IMG/VR virus record: IMGVR_UViG_3300048576_000547
Coordinates: 1 to 54,102 of that record
Origin: a virus
Lineage: Duplodnaviria; Caudoviricetes
Strand: one strand, 5' to 3'
Length of the DNA stretch: 54,102 nucleotides
How positions within the stretch are numbered: the first letter of the stretch is position 1; every line of letters begins with the position of its first letter. Below the pieces are notes generated by a model, which made no database searches, was not told the DNA's origin, and saw only the letters and a program-made list of their open reading frames with translations. A program made the position numbers and the translations under genes. This document shows positions 37,130-46,084 of the stretch, piece after piece.

Positions 37130-37546
37130 GTGAAGCCAATTTTGTTCCCAAAGGGCAATCGTGATCCCATTGATATTTACGTGGGGAAACGGTTGAGACT
37201 ACGTCGCAGCCTTATCGGAGTAAGCCAGGCGCAACTTGGTAAAGCGGTCGGGATTTCGTTCCAGCAAATCCAAAAGTACGAGCGCGGCATCAATCGCATG
37301 GGCGCAAGTCGCCTTTATCAATTTGCAGGGCTGCTTCGCGTTTCCGTGTCTTACTTTTTTGATGACATTGAGACAGAACAAAAGACAGAGGAAGCACTGC
37401 AGAATAAGGTCGTTCCCCTGAAGGCAGCCCCAAAACAGATGCACAACAAAGAAACGTTGCAACTTGTTCGCGCCTTTCACGCCATCTCTGACAAAAAGCA
37501 GCGCAATAAAGTGATGTCTCTTATCAAAACGATGGCTATTGAATAG
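37130..37546 (+). CDS. Alphaproteobacterial XRE regulator (PraR/PhrR/StaR-like)
   Basis: DPIDIYVGKRLRLRR...SQAQLG.AVGISFQQIQKYERGINRMGASRL...ETLQLVRAF..I. Confidence 0.88.
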   Translation: MKPILFPKGNRDPIDIYVGKRLRLRRSLIGVSQAQLGKAVGISFQQIQKYERGINRMGASRLYQFAGLLRVSVSYFFDDIETEQKTEEALQNKVVPLKAAPKQMHNKETLQLVRAFHAISDKKQRNKVMSLIKTMAIE

Positions 37547-37561
37547 TTTTCCTGAGGCAGC

Positions 37562-38161
37562 ATGACATTTCACGAAGTGCAATTTCCGCCCGACATTGCT
37601 TATGGAGCATCGGGTGGGCCGGAGTATTTGACGTCGGTCGTCTCGATGGCTTCTGGTTTTGAGCAGCGCAACGCCAACTGGTCGGCGGCACGCCTTAAAT
37701 GGAATGTTGCGTCTGGGTTAAAACACCAGACGCAGCTTAACACTTTGATTGCCTTCTTCCGCGCGCGCAAAGGAAAGGCTTACGGTTTCAGATTCAAGGA
37801 CTGGACGGATTATAAGGCGACCGCCCAAACCCTCGGTACAGGCGATGGGACAACAAAAGCCTTTCAGCTTGTCAAAAGCTACACCTCTGGTGCAGGTAAC
37901 GAGACGCGCACGATCACCAAGCCTGTGCTTGGCACGGTCGCCCCCTATCTTGGGGGCGTCAAACAAACATCCGGCTGGTCGATCAATACGGCCACAGGCA
38001 TTTTGACCTTCAGCATTGCCCCTGCACAAGGCGTGGCGGTCACGGCGGATTTTGAGTTCGACGTGCCCGTGCGCTTCGACACCGACAGCATGGCCGTCAG
38101 TATCGAGCAATTCGATCTCCATCAATGGTCGGACATTCCCGTTATAGAGATCCGCGTATAG
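37562..38161 (+). CDS. Distal tail protein (DUF2460, GTA-like)
   Basis: FHEVQFP...GGPE, FFRARKG.AYGFRFKDW.D, FEFDVPVRFDTD. Confidence 0.93.
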   Translation: MTFHEVQFPPDIAYGASGGPEYLTSVVSMASGFEQRNANWSAARLKWNVASGLKHQTQLNTLIAFFRARKGKAYGFRFKDWTDYKATAQTLGTGDGTTKAFQLVKSYTSGAGNETRTITKPVLGTVAPYLGGVKQTSGWSINTATGILTFSIAPAQGVAVTADFEFDVPVRFDTDSMAVSIEQFDLHQWSDIPVIEIRV

Positions 38162-38164
38162 CTC

Positions 38165-39007
38165 ATGAAAACAGCCACCACCCAACTTGCCGCGCACATC
38201 GCGGGTGAGACCACCACGCTTGCGACCTGTTGGAAGGTCACGCGCAAGGATGGGGACGTGTTCGGCTTCACCGACTTTGACCGCGATCTGACCATCGACG
38301 GTATCGTTTATGAAGCACGGACGGGCTACACGCGCTCTGCCATCCATACGATTTCGGATTTGTCTGTCGACAATCTCGACATCGAAAGCGCGCTGGACAG
38401 CGAAGCCTTGGCTGCACCTGACCTGCGCGCGGGAATATGGGACAATGCCGAGGTTCTTATCTTTCTGGTCAATTGGAACGCCTTGTCGCAAGGCAAGATC
38501 ATCATGAAGCGCGGCACAATCGGACAGGTCGAGCTAAAGGATACAATCTTCAAGGCAGAACTGCGCGGTCTGACGCAGGCGCTTTCGCAGCAAATCGGCG
38601 AGCTTTACACGCCCAACTGCCGCGCTGATCTTGGCGATACGCGTTGCAAGATCGATTTAGCTGCCTTGACGGTGGCCAGCGCGGTCACGGCGGTTTCGGA
38701 TAGATACGGTTTTACCGACAGCGCGCGCGCCGAGGCCGATGATTATTGGAGCGGCGGGCTTGTCACATGGACAAGCGGCGCGAACGCGGGGCGCAAAATG
38801 GAAATCCGCAGCTTTGCATCAGGCGTCTTTGATTTGTTTCTGCCCATGCCGTCCGAGATCGTGGCGGGCGACACGTATGCCGTCCAGCCCGGATGTGACA
38901 AAAGCTTTTCGACCTGTTGCGCCAAATACAACAATGCCGCGAACTTTCGCGGCGAACCGCACGTCCCCGGCACGGACGCCGTTTTGAGTTATCCCGATGG
39001 AAAATAA
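38165..39007 (+). CDS. Baseplate hub protein (DUF2163/BR0599, GTA-like)
   Basis: CWKVTRKDG..FGFTDFDRDL, CRADLGD.RC, GCDK...C..KYNN..NFRGEPHVPG. Confidence 0.93.
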   Translation: MKTATTQLAAHIAGETTTLATCWKVTRKDGDVFGFTDFDRDLTIDGIVYEARTGYTRSAIHTISDLSVDNLDIESALDSEALAAPDLRAGIWDNAEVLIFLVNWNALSQGKIIMKRGTIGQVELKDTIFKAELRGLTQALSQQIGELYTPNCRADLGDTRCKIDLAALTVASAVTAVSDRYGFTDSARAEADDYWSGGLVTWTSGANAGRKMEIRSFASGVFDLFLPMPSEIVAGDTYAVQPGCDKSFSTCCAKYNNAANFRGEPHVPGTDAVLSYPDGK

Positions 39008-39449
39008 ACCCACACGCATGGACGCGGTTGCCGAAGCCCGCGCATGGCTCGACACGCCGTTTCACCATCAAGCCTCGGTCAAAGGGGCTGGCTGTGACTG
39101 TATCGGTCTCGTCAAGGGTGTTGGGACGGCTTTGAAGCTGGTCGATTACGATCCGGTCTCACCACAGGCGCAGGCGTTCGCCAATTATTCCATGTTGCCC
39201 AACAGTCGCCGCATGCGCGAGGGGTTAGCGACATGGCTTGTCGAAATCCCCGTGGCCGATGCGACGTTGGCAGACATTCTCTTTATGGCATGGGGCCGCG
39301 AGCCGCAGCATGTGGCATTGATTACGGACAAAGGCATCATCCACAGCTATTCCGGCGTGGGCAAAGTGGTCGAACACGCGCTGGACGAAAGCTGGCGGCG
39401 GCGGATCGTGGCTGCTTATCGTTATCCCGCATTTTCTGAAAGCGAATAA
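38997..39449 (+). CDS. NlpC/P60 family tail peptidase
   Basis: ARAWLDTPFHHQ...GCDCIGL...HVALI...IIHSY. Confidence 0.92.
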   Translation: MENKPTRMDAVAEARAWLDTPFHHQASVKGAGCDCIGLVKGVGTALKLVDYDPVSPQAQAFANYSMLPNSRRMREGLATWLVEIPVADATLADILFMAWGREPQHVALITDKGIIHSYSGVGKVVEHALDESWRRRIVAAYRYPAFSESE

Positions 39450-42400
39450 ATGGCCGTTCTTGCTCTTGGTCTTGTTGGCACAGGTTTGACTTCCGCCATC
39501 GGGATCGGCGCGTCCATTGGCTGGATGGGCGGGGTCGTTCTCGGCAATCTGTTGTTCGGCGGCAACAAGGGATCGAACACCGAAGGGTCGCGCCTTAGCG
39601 ATTTATCGGTTCAGTCTTCAACCTATGGCGGCACGATCCAGCTGGTTTACGGAACCATGCGCGTGTCCGGCAACGTCATCTGGTCGACGCCGCTCAAGGA
39701 AACTCGCCATGTTTCGCGCCAAAGCGGTGGCAAAGGCGGTGGTGGAAGCTCAACGACTACGACTTACACATATTCGGTGTCTTTCGCCATTGGTCTGTGC
39801 GCGGGGCCTGTCTCGACCGTGCGGCGCGTGTGGGCGGATACCAAGCTCATTTATGACGCGACCGCTTCGAACACGCAGGCGACTGAGAAGTATCCCGGCG
39901 TTGTCCGGATTCACACGGGCGCAGAAGACCAGCAGCCCGACAGCACGATGGAAATGCATCTCGGCGCGGGAAACGTGCCGGGCTATCGCGGACTTTGCTT
40001 CCTGACCTTCACAGATTTGCAGTTGGCCGACTTTGCCAACCGCATTCCCAATATCAGCGCCGAGGTCGTGGCATCAGGTGCGATGGATTGTGATGCCGTG
40101 ATCTTGCAGAAGGTGCCAAGCATGTTCCGCGAAGGCGGCGTGATTGACCCTGCACGTGGCGTCTTGCTTTGCGTGAATGCGACCCGCGCCTTCAAATACG
40201 ATCTTGTCAACAACACGCTGGCGCTTAACACGCCGCTTGTCGATGATGTCTATGGCGATCTGCGCGGCATTGACAGCGAAGGCTACCTCTATCACGCCAC
40301 GGACGCTTATGGCGTTGGGATGCATCTGTGCAAGCGCAATCCTGATACGATGGCTGTCGTGGCCAAGACGAAAAAGCGTATCGACTTCAGCGTCAGCGGG
40401 TTCGTGCTGGGCGACAAGATCCTCGTGCATCGTTCACGCAAGATATACAATCTTGATTTTGGATTGGTCGCTGATCTTTCTGATTTTTTCCCCAGCGCGA
40501 ACGAAGCACCCATGTGCGCGGACGGCAGCGGTCGATATTGGCAAGCCGCATCCGATAAAATCCGCCGTGTAGAGCTGGACTTCCTCGGCAACGGCGATGT
40601 TGCTGAATGGGACATTTCGGCTTGGACAAGCGGTCAACGCCCGAACATCATCTTCTGGGACGACACGACCGGACATTTATATCTTAAGATCAATATGCTT
40701 GGCCGGATCGTCAAATGGCATCCCGACAACGGCTTCGTCGACTATGTGGACGGGATATCAATGGCAGCGGGATGGTCGCTCCAATGCGACTATGCCTTTC
40801 CGCAAAAAGGAAGGTTTTGGGCCGCAAGCGATCTTTCGGCCACGCTGGTCGATCTTGTCTCGATGCGCGTTGAGAAAACGATCAATCTCATGCCTTATCT
40901 TCCGACTTACGCCACGCATTTTTGCGGCTGTTACGAGAAGTTCACGCACAGCGCGATCATCATGACCGATGCCGGAGAGGTCAAATACCCTCTTGAACGC
41001 TTCGGCTCCGACAATGTCTCGTTGGCAAGTATCCTCACGGATTTGTGTGAACGGGCGGGCATGTCTCAAACGGACATTCTGACCAACGAAGTCAGCCAGT
41101 CGGTACATGGCTATGTCATGAGCCGCCGTGCTTCGGCGCGAGATGCCATCGAGCCATTGCTCGGCGCATACTTCATTGATGCGGCGGAGACAGATGGCGT
41201 GCTGCGCTTTATTCCTCGCGGGCAGGATACGGCGGTCACGATCCCTTACGACGATTTGGGCGCGGTGGAGGGAACATCGAATGATAATCCGCTCCGCGTG
41301 ACCGAAACCCGCACGCAGGAACTTGAACTGCCGCAACGGATCGACCTGACCCATTACGATCCCGACCGCGATTATCAGAGCAACACGCAAAACGCCGCAC
41401 GCGCCAGCAACGCCGTTACGACCAAGGATCAGCAAACGGTCGAGCTGTCCATCGCCTTGTCGGCGGATGAAGCTGCGCAGATCGCGGATAAGACGCTCAC
41501 CAGCGCGTGGATCGGACGGAACCAGTTCGAATTCAATCTGCCGCCCAAATGGCTGCGTCTCGATCCCACGGATGTGATCGACGTCCTATTGCCGGATGCG
41601 ACCTTGGCCTTGCGTCTGACGCAGGTGGATTTCGGCGGCAACAACATCGTGGCTTGCAAGGCGGTGGCCGAGGACGAGATTGCCTACACCTCATCGGCCA
41701 AAGGCACGAGCGTTCCGATCATTTCAAACCCGATCCCGATCTCCACGCCGATCTCGGCCTTGGTCATGGATTTACCCATGCTGCGCGCCGAGGATGATGG
41801 ACTGGGGCTTTATTACGCACTGGCGCTTAAGGACAACGGGACAGCCAGCCTTTACAAGTCCCCCGATGCTTTGACATGGAGCATCATCGGGACGGGTTCC
41901 GCCGCTCCGGCCTATGGTTGGGCATCGAGCGTTCTGGCAGCACCCCTCAGCGCGTGGTCGTGGGACGAGACGAACAATGTTCAGATCGCGCTTTCTCACG
42001 GCACTCTGGACAGTAAGACGGCGCTGGAAGTCCTCAACTGGAACAACATCGGGCTTTTGGGCGACGAATTGATCCAATGGCGCAACGCCACGCTGCTGGC
42101 CGAAAACCTTTACCAGCTTTCCGGCCTCTTGCGCGGGCGGCGCGGCACGGAATGGGCCACAGGCACACACAAGATCGGTGATCGCTTCGTCGTTCTGGCA
42201 ACGGACGGTTTTTACCGCATGGCGATGGCCGCGACCGAGATCGGGCAGATTTCTTATTACAAGGCCATCCCGTCCGGCGGGGATTGGGACGATGCCGCGC
42301 AAACAAGCCAGAAGTTTAATGCGGCAAGTCTCAGGTGCTTTTCGCCCGTTCATATCAAGGGCGTGCGCGATGGAAGCAGCAATCTGACTCTTTCTTGGAT

Positions 42401-42656
42401 CATGCGTGCGCGGTGGAACGGCGAATGGCTCGATGGGATCGACATATCGAACTACGAGGCCACGGAAGCCTATGAGATCGACATTCTAAACGGCGACACG
42501 GTGGTGCGGACGCTTACGGCTACCACGACCAGCGCAACCTACAGCGCCACCGATCAAATAACCGATTTCGGCGCGGCGCAGAGCGTCTTGTCCATCGCCG
42601 TTTATCAAATCAACAGCACCATCGGGCGAGGCTATGCAGGAAAGGCTATCGTGTAA
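39450..42656 (+). CDS. Central tail/host-specificity protein (megatron-like)
   Basis: SSTYG..I.LVYG.MR.SGNVIW, RRVWADTKL, PGYRG, LSGLLRGRRGTE, YEIDI; unique central insertion. Confidence 0.9.
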   Translation: MAVLALGLVGTGLTSAIGIGASIGWMGGVVLGNLLFGGNKGSNTEGSRLSDLSVQSSTYGGTIQLVYGTMRVSGNVIWSTPLKETRHVSRQSGGKGGGGSSTTTTYTYSVSFAIGLCAGPVSTVRRVWADTKLIYDATASNTQATEKYPGVVRIHTGAEDQQPDSTMEMHLGAGNVPGYRGLCFLTFTDLQLADFANRIPNISAEVVASGAMDCDAVILQKVPSMFREGGVIDPARGVLLCVNATRAFKYDLVNNTLALNTPLVDDVYGDLRGIDSEGYLYHATDAYGVGMHLCKRNPDTMAVVAKTKKRIDFSVSGFVLGDKILVHRSRKIYNLDFGLVADLSDFFPSANEAPMCADGSGRYWQAASDKIRRVELDFLGNGDVAEWDISAWTSGQRPNIIFWDDTTGHLYLKINMLGRIVKWHPDNGFVDYVDGISMAAGWSLQCDYAFPQKGRFWAASDLSATLVDLVSMRVEKTINLMPYLPTYATHFCGCYEKFTHSAIIMTDAGEVKYPLERFGSDNVSLASILTDLCERAGMSQTDILTNEVSQSVHGYVMSRRASARDAIEPLLGAYFIDAAETDGVLRFIPRGQDTAVTIPYDDLGAVEGTSNDNPLRVTETRTQELELPQRIDLTHYDPDRDYQSNTQNAARASNAVTTKDQQTVELSIALSADEAAQIADKTLTSAWIGRNQFEFNLPPKWLRLDPTDVIDVLLPDATLALRLTQVDFGGNNIVACKAVAEDEIAYTSSAKGTSVPIISNPIPISTPISALVMDLPMLRAEDDGLGLYYALALKDNGTASLYKSPDALTWSIIGTGSAAPAYGWASSVLAAPLSAWSWDETNNVQIALSHGTLDSKTALEVLNWNNIGLLGDELIQWRNATLLAENLYQLSGLLRGRRGTEWATGTHKIGDRFVVLATDGFYRMAMAATEIGQISYYKAIPSGGDWDDAAQTSQKFNAASLRCFSPVHIKGVRDGSSNLTLSWIMRARWNGEWLDGIDISNYEATEAYEIDILNGDTVVRTLTATTTSATYSATDQITDFGAAQSVLSIAVYQINSTIGRGYAGKAIV

Positions 42657-43378
42657 TGACAACAACCCCCAATCTTCTCATAGACCACATCGCCGCCAGC
42701 CAAGCCCAAAAGGAAGTCACGGCCAACACAGCCTTCGACGTTCTGGACAAGGCCTTGTGCCAATTCACAAGCATCGCGCTGACCGATGCCAATCTGACGC
42801 TGACCGATGCGCAGATGATCGGCAATATGGCGTTGAAATTCACGGGGACATTGACGGCGGCGCGGACGATCACGGTTCCGGCGCGCGCCAAGTTCATCTA
42901 TGTCGAGAACGGAACCACAGGCGGCTTTGCGCTATCGGTTAAAACGCCATCCGGCACAGCCATTGCGCTTGGCAGCGGCGAGCGAAAGCTCCTTTATTGC
43001 AACGGCAGCGACTTCACGATTGCTGCCGAGGCCGGAGCCGCGCCCTACGACATAGGCGGTTCGTTTGTCGGCAAGCCCAGCGCGGGAACCGTCATCATGC
43101 GCTTTCCCATGCCGCGCGCCGTCCGCTTTCTCTCCGGCATGGCGCTCAGCAAAGGCGTGGCAGCGACAGCCGCAACGGCTGCCGTGTCTTTCTCTCTCCG
43201 CAAAAACGGGATCGAGTTCGCCACCATGAACTTCGCCGCGTCTGCCACGAGCGCGACCTTCACCTGCGCGACCACGACCGACTTTGCGGCTGGGGACATC
43301 CTGACGCTTGTGGCTCCGGCCACGCCAGACGACACGCTTTCGGACATCGGCTTCGCCTTCGCGGGCCTTCGTATTTAA
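42656..43378 (+). CDS. Tail fibre/adaptor with DUF2793-like N-terminus
   Basis: TPNL....IAASQAQKEVTAN.A...LD N-terminus. Confidence 0.75.
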   Translation: MTTTPNLLIDHIAASQAQKEVTANTAFDVLDKALCQFTSIALTDANLTLTDAQMIGNMALKFTGTLTAARTITVPARAKFIYVENGTTGGFALSVKTPSGTAIALGSGERKLLYCNGSDFTIAAEAGAAPYDIGGSFVGKPSAGTVIMRFPMPRAVRFLSGMALSKGVAATAATAAVSFSLRKNGIEFATMNFAASATSATFTCATTTDFAAGDILTLVAPATPDDTLSDIGFAFAGLRI

Positions 43379-43390
43379 GGAGAACAATCT

Positions 43391-44419
43391 ATGGCCTTAC
43401 GCTTTCTCGACGGGTTCGATCATTACACAACGGCGGCTGCTTACGCCTATAAATACACTGCCTATACGACCACGTTGACCCCCAGCACAGGGCGGCGCAG
43501 CGGGAGCAACGCGGCGCGGTTCGGCAACTATGGCGGCGATTACCTTCTGAAAACGCTGGACGATCAGGCGACATGGATCGTCGGCTTTGCCTATAAGCGG
43601 GACTATGCCTCGAACGACGAAAAGCCGATCCTGCAATTGCGAGACAACACCGGCGCGGTGCAAGTTGCCCTTTGCATGCATGGCGTCGATGGTTTGCTGC
43701 GCTTGTGGCGCGGCGATCAGACGACGCTTTTGGCGACATCTACCGTCGCTCTCCCGACAGGGTCTTGGAACTATATCGAGCTAAAGACCTTCATCAATGA
43801 CACGACCGGAACGATGGAACTTCGCGTCAACGGCGTGACGGTGGCGACCTACACGGGCGACACAAAATATTCCTCCACCATTGGGACGGCTCGTTCGATC
43901 CGGCTCAGCGGCGGCGTTTATTCGTCCTCCTATTACGGATGGATCGACGATCTCTATGTTTGCGATGGCGCGGGGACGACAAACAACGACTTCCTCGGTG
44001 ACTGCCGCGTGGACACGCTTTATCCGAACGGGGTCGGCAACAGCTCCCAGTTCACGCCAACAGGCAGCGCGACCAACTGGGAAAACGTGGACGAAATCCC
44101 GCCGGACGAAGACACGAGCTATAACGCCAGCGACACGGTGGGAGCCATAGACAGCTTTGCCTTCACGGACGCGACGATCTTGAACGCCTCGGTCTTCGGC
44201 GTGCAGGCGAACATTCTAGCAAGGAAAGACGATGCGGGAACGCGCACATTACGCGCTGTCGCGCGGGTCAACGGCGCGAATTACGAAGGCAGCGACCAGT
44301 CCCTTGGAGACACCTATCTCAATCAACAGCAAATCTGGGCGCTCAATCCGGCCACGTCCGTAAGCTGGACGGAAGCCGACATTAACGCCGCCGAGTTCGG
44401 TTACAAGGTGCAAGCCTAA
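43391..44419 (+). CDS. Putative receptor-binding/tail-associated protein
   Basis: AAGGAG RBS; beta-rich T/G/S composition; WNYIEL...LRVNG...IDDLYVCD lectin-like pattern. Confidence 0.7.
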   Translation: MALRFLDGFDHYTTAAAYAYKYTAYTTTLTPSTGRRSGSNAARFGNYGGDYLLKTLDDQATWIVGFAYKRDYASNDEKPILQLRDNTGAVQVALCMHGVDGLLRLWRGDQTTLLATSTVALPTGSWNYIELKTFINDTTGTMELRVNGVTVATYTGDTKYSSTIGTARSIRLSGGVYSSSYYGWIDDLYVCDGAGTTNNDFLGDCRVDTLYPNGVGNSSQFTPTGSATNWENVDEIPPDEDTSYNASDTVGAIDSFAFTDATILNASVFGVQANILARKDDAGTRTLRAVARVNGANYEGSDQSLGDTYLNQQQIWALNPATSVSWTEADINAAEFGYKVQA

Positions 44420-44628
44420 TGTTGCGCGTAACGCAAAACGCCATCGAAGTCGTTCGCAAACCGACGACAGCCGATCTGCGCATCACGGCCTACGCGGCGG
44501 AAGTTCTGCGCCGCCCAGCCGCGCCTCACGTTTGCGCCAGCCAGATCGCCGTCGAAATCCTGCGTGCCAATGCAGCCATCCCTTCCGGCAATAGCCAACA
44601 GCCCCTCATCATTATCGTCGCGGGATAA
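44419..44628 (+). CDS. Small tail-associated hypothetical protein
   Basis: TAATG coupling; three imperfect RxxQ/YxAxEVLR repeats. Confidence 0.65.
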   Translation: MLRVTQNAIEVVRKPTTADLRITAYAAEVLRRPAAPHVCASQIAVEILRANAAIPSGNSQQPLIIIVAG

Positions 44629-44632
44629 GCCC

Positions 44633-44935
44633 ATGACAAAAACCCAAGCGCAACCCGTTTTCGAAGAACGGGAACAGGAGAACACGCCCATGAGTCCGAA
44701 CGAGCAGATCGAATACTTCCGCAGCATTGGACGCCTCGAAGCGCAGGTCGCCAGCCTTATTGCTGCCGTGTCCGAACTCAAAACCAAGGTGGATGGAATC
44801 GATACGCGCCTCGATCAACTCGACCGCTTGGCGAACCGCTGGAAAGGCGGCTTCGCCGTCATCCTGACGCTGGGAGCCATCGCCGGATTCGTGCTCGATA
44901 ACGTCATTCGCTGGTGGACAAGCAAGGGGTCGTAA
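44633..44935 (+). CDS. Putative holin-like membrane protein (alternative start 44690)
   Basis: Coiled coil then one C-terminal TM helix (GGFAVILTLGAIAGFVL); before the lysis genes; AGGAG precedes ATG 44690. Confidence 0.6.
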   Translation: MTKTQAQPVFEEREQENTPMSPNEQIEYFRSIGRLEAQVASLIAAVSELKTKVDGIDTRLDQLDRLANRWKGGFAVILTLGAIAGFVLDNVIRWWTSKGS

Positions 44936-44956
44936 TCAATTTCTACCATTCAACTG

Positions 44957-44991
44957 AAGCCGTCACCCGCAAGGGCTGGCGGCTTTTTCTT
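44957..44991 (+). terminator. Rho-independent terminator
   Basis: AGCCGTCA-CCCGCAAGGGC-TGGCGGCT followed by a T-run. Confidence 0.65.
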
Positions 44992-45013
44992 TACCTAAAC
45001 GAAAGGAAAAACC

Positions 45014-45676
45014 ATGACAAGCAAAACGCCCGCGCGCGGCATTCGCAACAACAATCCGGGCAATCTGCGCCGGACGGACGACCCTTGGCAGGGGCTGGCC
45101 GAGACCCAGACGGACACGGAATTCTTTGTGTTTCAAAGCCCAATTTACGGGATCCGCGCCTTGGCCCGAACGCTGATCAAATATCAGGACAAGCACAGGC
45201 TTTGCACCATCCGCCAGATCATCGGTCGGTGGGCACCAAACACCGAAAACGACACAGTGGCGTATATAAAAGCCGTTTCGGACGAGACGGGGCTTGCGCC
45301 AGATGTGGTTCTGGACATGCACAAATACGAACATTTGAAGGCCTTGGTCACGGCCATCATCAAACACGAAAACGGTCAGCAGCCTTACGGGGGCGCACAG
45401 GTCGACAAAGCTTTGGTTCTGGCAGGTGTGGAGCCACCGCCCAAGAACTTGCAACACACGCGCACAGTAAAGGGCGGAAAGGCCGCCACGGCGGCAACCG
45501 TTGGCCTTGGTGCGCTGGAAGCGGCCAAAGAGGCGCTCGACCCCGCCCGTGATGCGCTGCAAACGCTTGTTCCGTATCTTGACGTGGCCAAATGGCTTCT
45601 TCTGGCCATCACGCTCATCGGCATCGGTGTGATGATCTGGGCACGGATCGACGACAACAGGAAGGGTCTGCGCTGA
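45014..45676 (+). CDS. Putative endolysin (lysozyme-like, RGIRNNNPGN family) with C-terminal TM segments
   Basis: RGIRNNNPGNLR, GIRAL, RWAP..ENDT.AY, AIIKHENG; hydrophobic tail; upstream of spanins. Confidence 0.75.
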   Translation: MTSKTPARGIRNNNPGNLRRTDDPWQGLAETQTDTEFFVFQSPIYGIRALARTLIKYQDKHRLCTIRQIIGRWAPNTENDTVAYIKAVSDETGLAPDVVLDMHKYEHLKALVTAIIKHENGQQPYGGAQVDKALVLAGVEPPPKNLQHTRTVKGGKAATAATVGLGALEAAKEALDPARDALQTLVPYLDVAKWLLLAITLIGIGVMIWARIDDNRKGLR

Positions 45677-45915
45677 TGTGGGCGATCCTGACGAGCTGGT
45701 TCTCCAGCAACCTCATCAAAATCATCGGCTGGGGGGCGATTGCCGCGTCTGTGGCCGCCGTTTTGCTCGGCGCAAAGCAATCAGGCCGTACCGCCGAACG
45801 GTACGATCAACTCAAGAAAATAATGGAGATCAAAGATGCCCAACTTCGCGCCACGCTGGACGCTCCTCGCACTCGCGCTGATCTCGTTAAACGCCTGCGG
45901 GACGGCAAATTATAA
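45676..45915 (+). CDS. Putative i-spanin (Rz-like)
   Basis: TGATG coupling; N-terminal TM then short coiled coil ending LRDGKL. Confidence 0.7.
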   Translation: MWAILTSWFSSNLIKIIGWGAIAASVAAVLLGAKQSGRTAERYDQLKKIMEIKDAQLRATLDAPRTRADLVKRLRDGKL

Positions 45916-46084
45916 CCCCGCTTGCGTCTGCCCACCGATTAAAGAATACAGTCGGGAGTTTCAGGAAAAGCTTGCAAAAGAGATTGATGTAGCACCGGAA
46001 AACGGAGCATATCCGCAGGCGATCTTAGACTACGCTTTACTCAGAGAACAGTTAGCTTCCTGTCTGAAGAAGGACAATTTTTGA
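45836..46084 (+). CDS. Putative o-spanin lipoprotein (Rz1-like)
   Basis: Overlaps the i-spanin in another frame; lipobox LNA-C; CPPIKEYSREFQ...DYALLREQL..C. Confidence 0.75.
   Translation: MPNFAPRWTLLALALISLNACGTANYNPACVCPPIKEYSREFQEKLAKEIDVAPENGAYPQAILDYALLREQLASCLKKDNF

Noticed and set aside
37562-42656. Gene transfer agent cluster
   Set aside because: Only the tail tip is GTA-like. Integrase, immunity, replication, cos and a GpA terminase indicate a true prophage.
39450-44628. Diversity-generating retroelement or invertible tail-fibre cassette
   Set aside because: No reverse transcriptase, template/variable repeat pair or invertase was seen.
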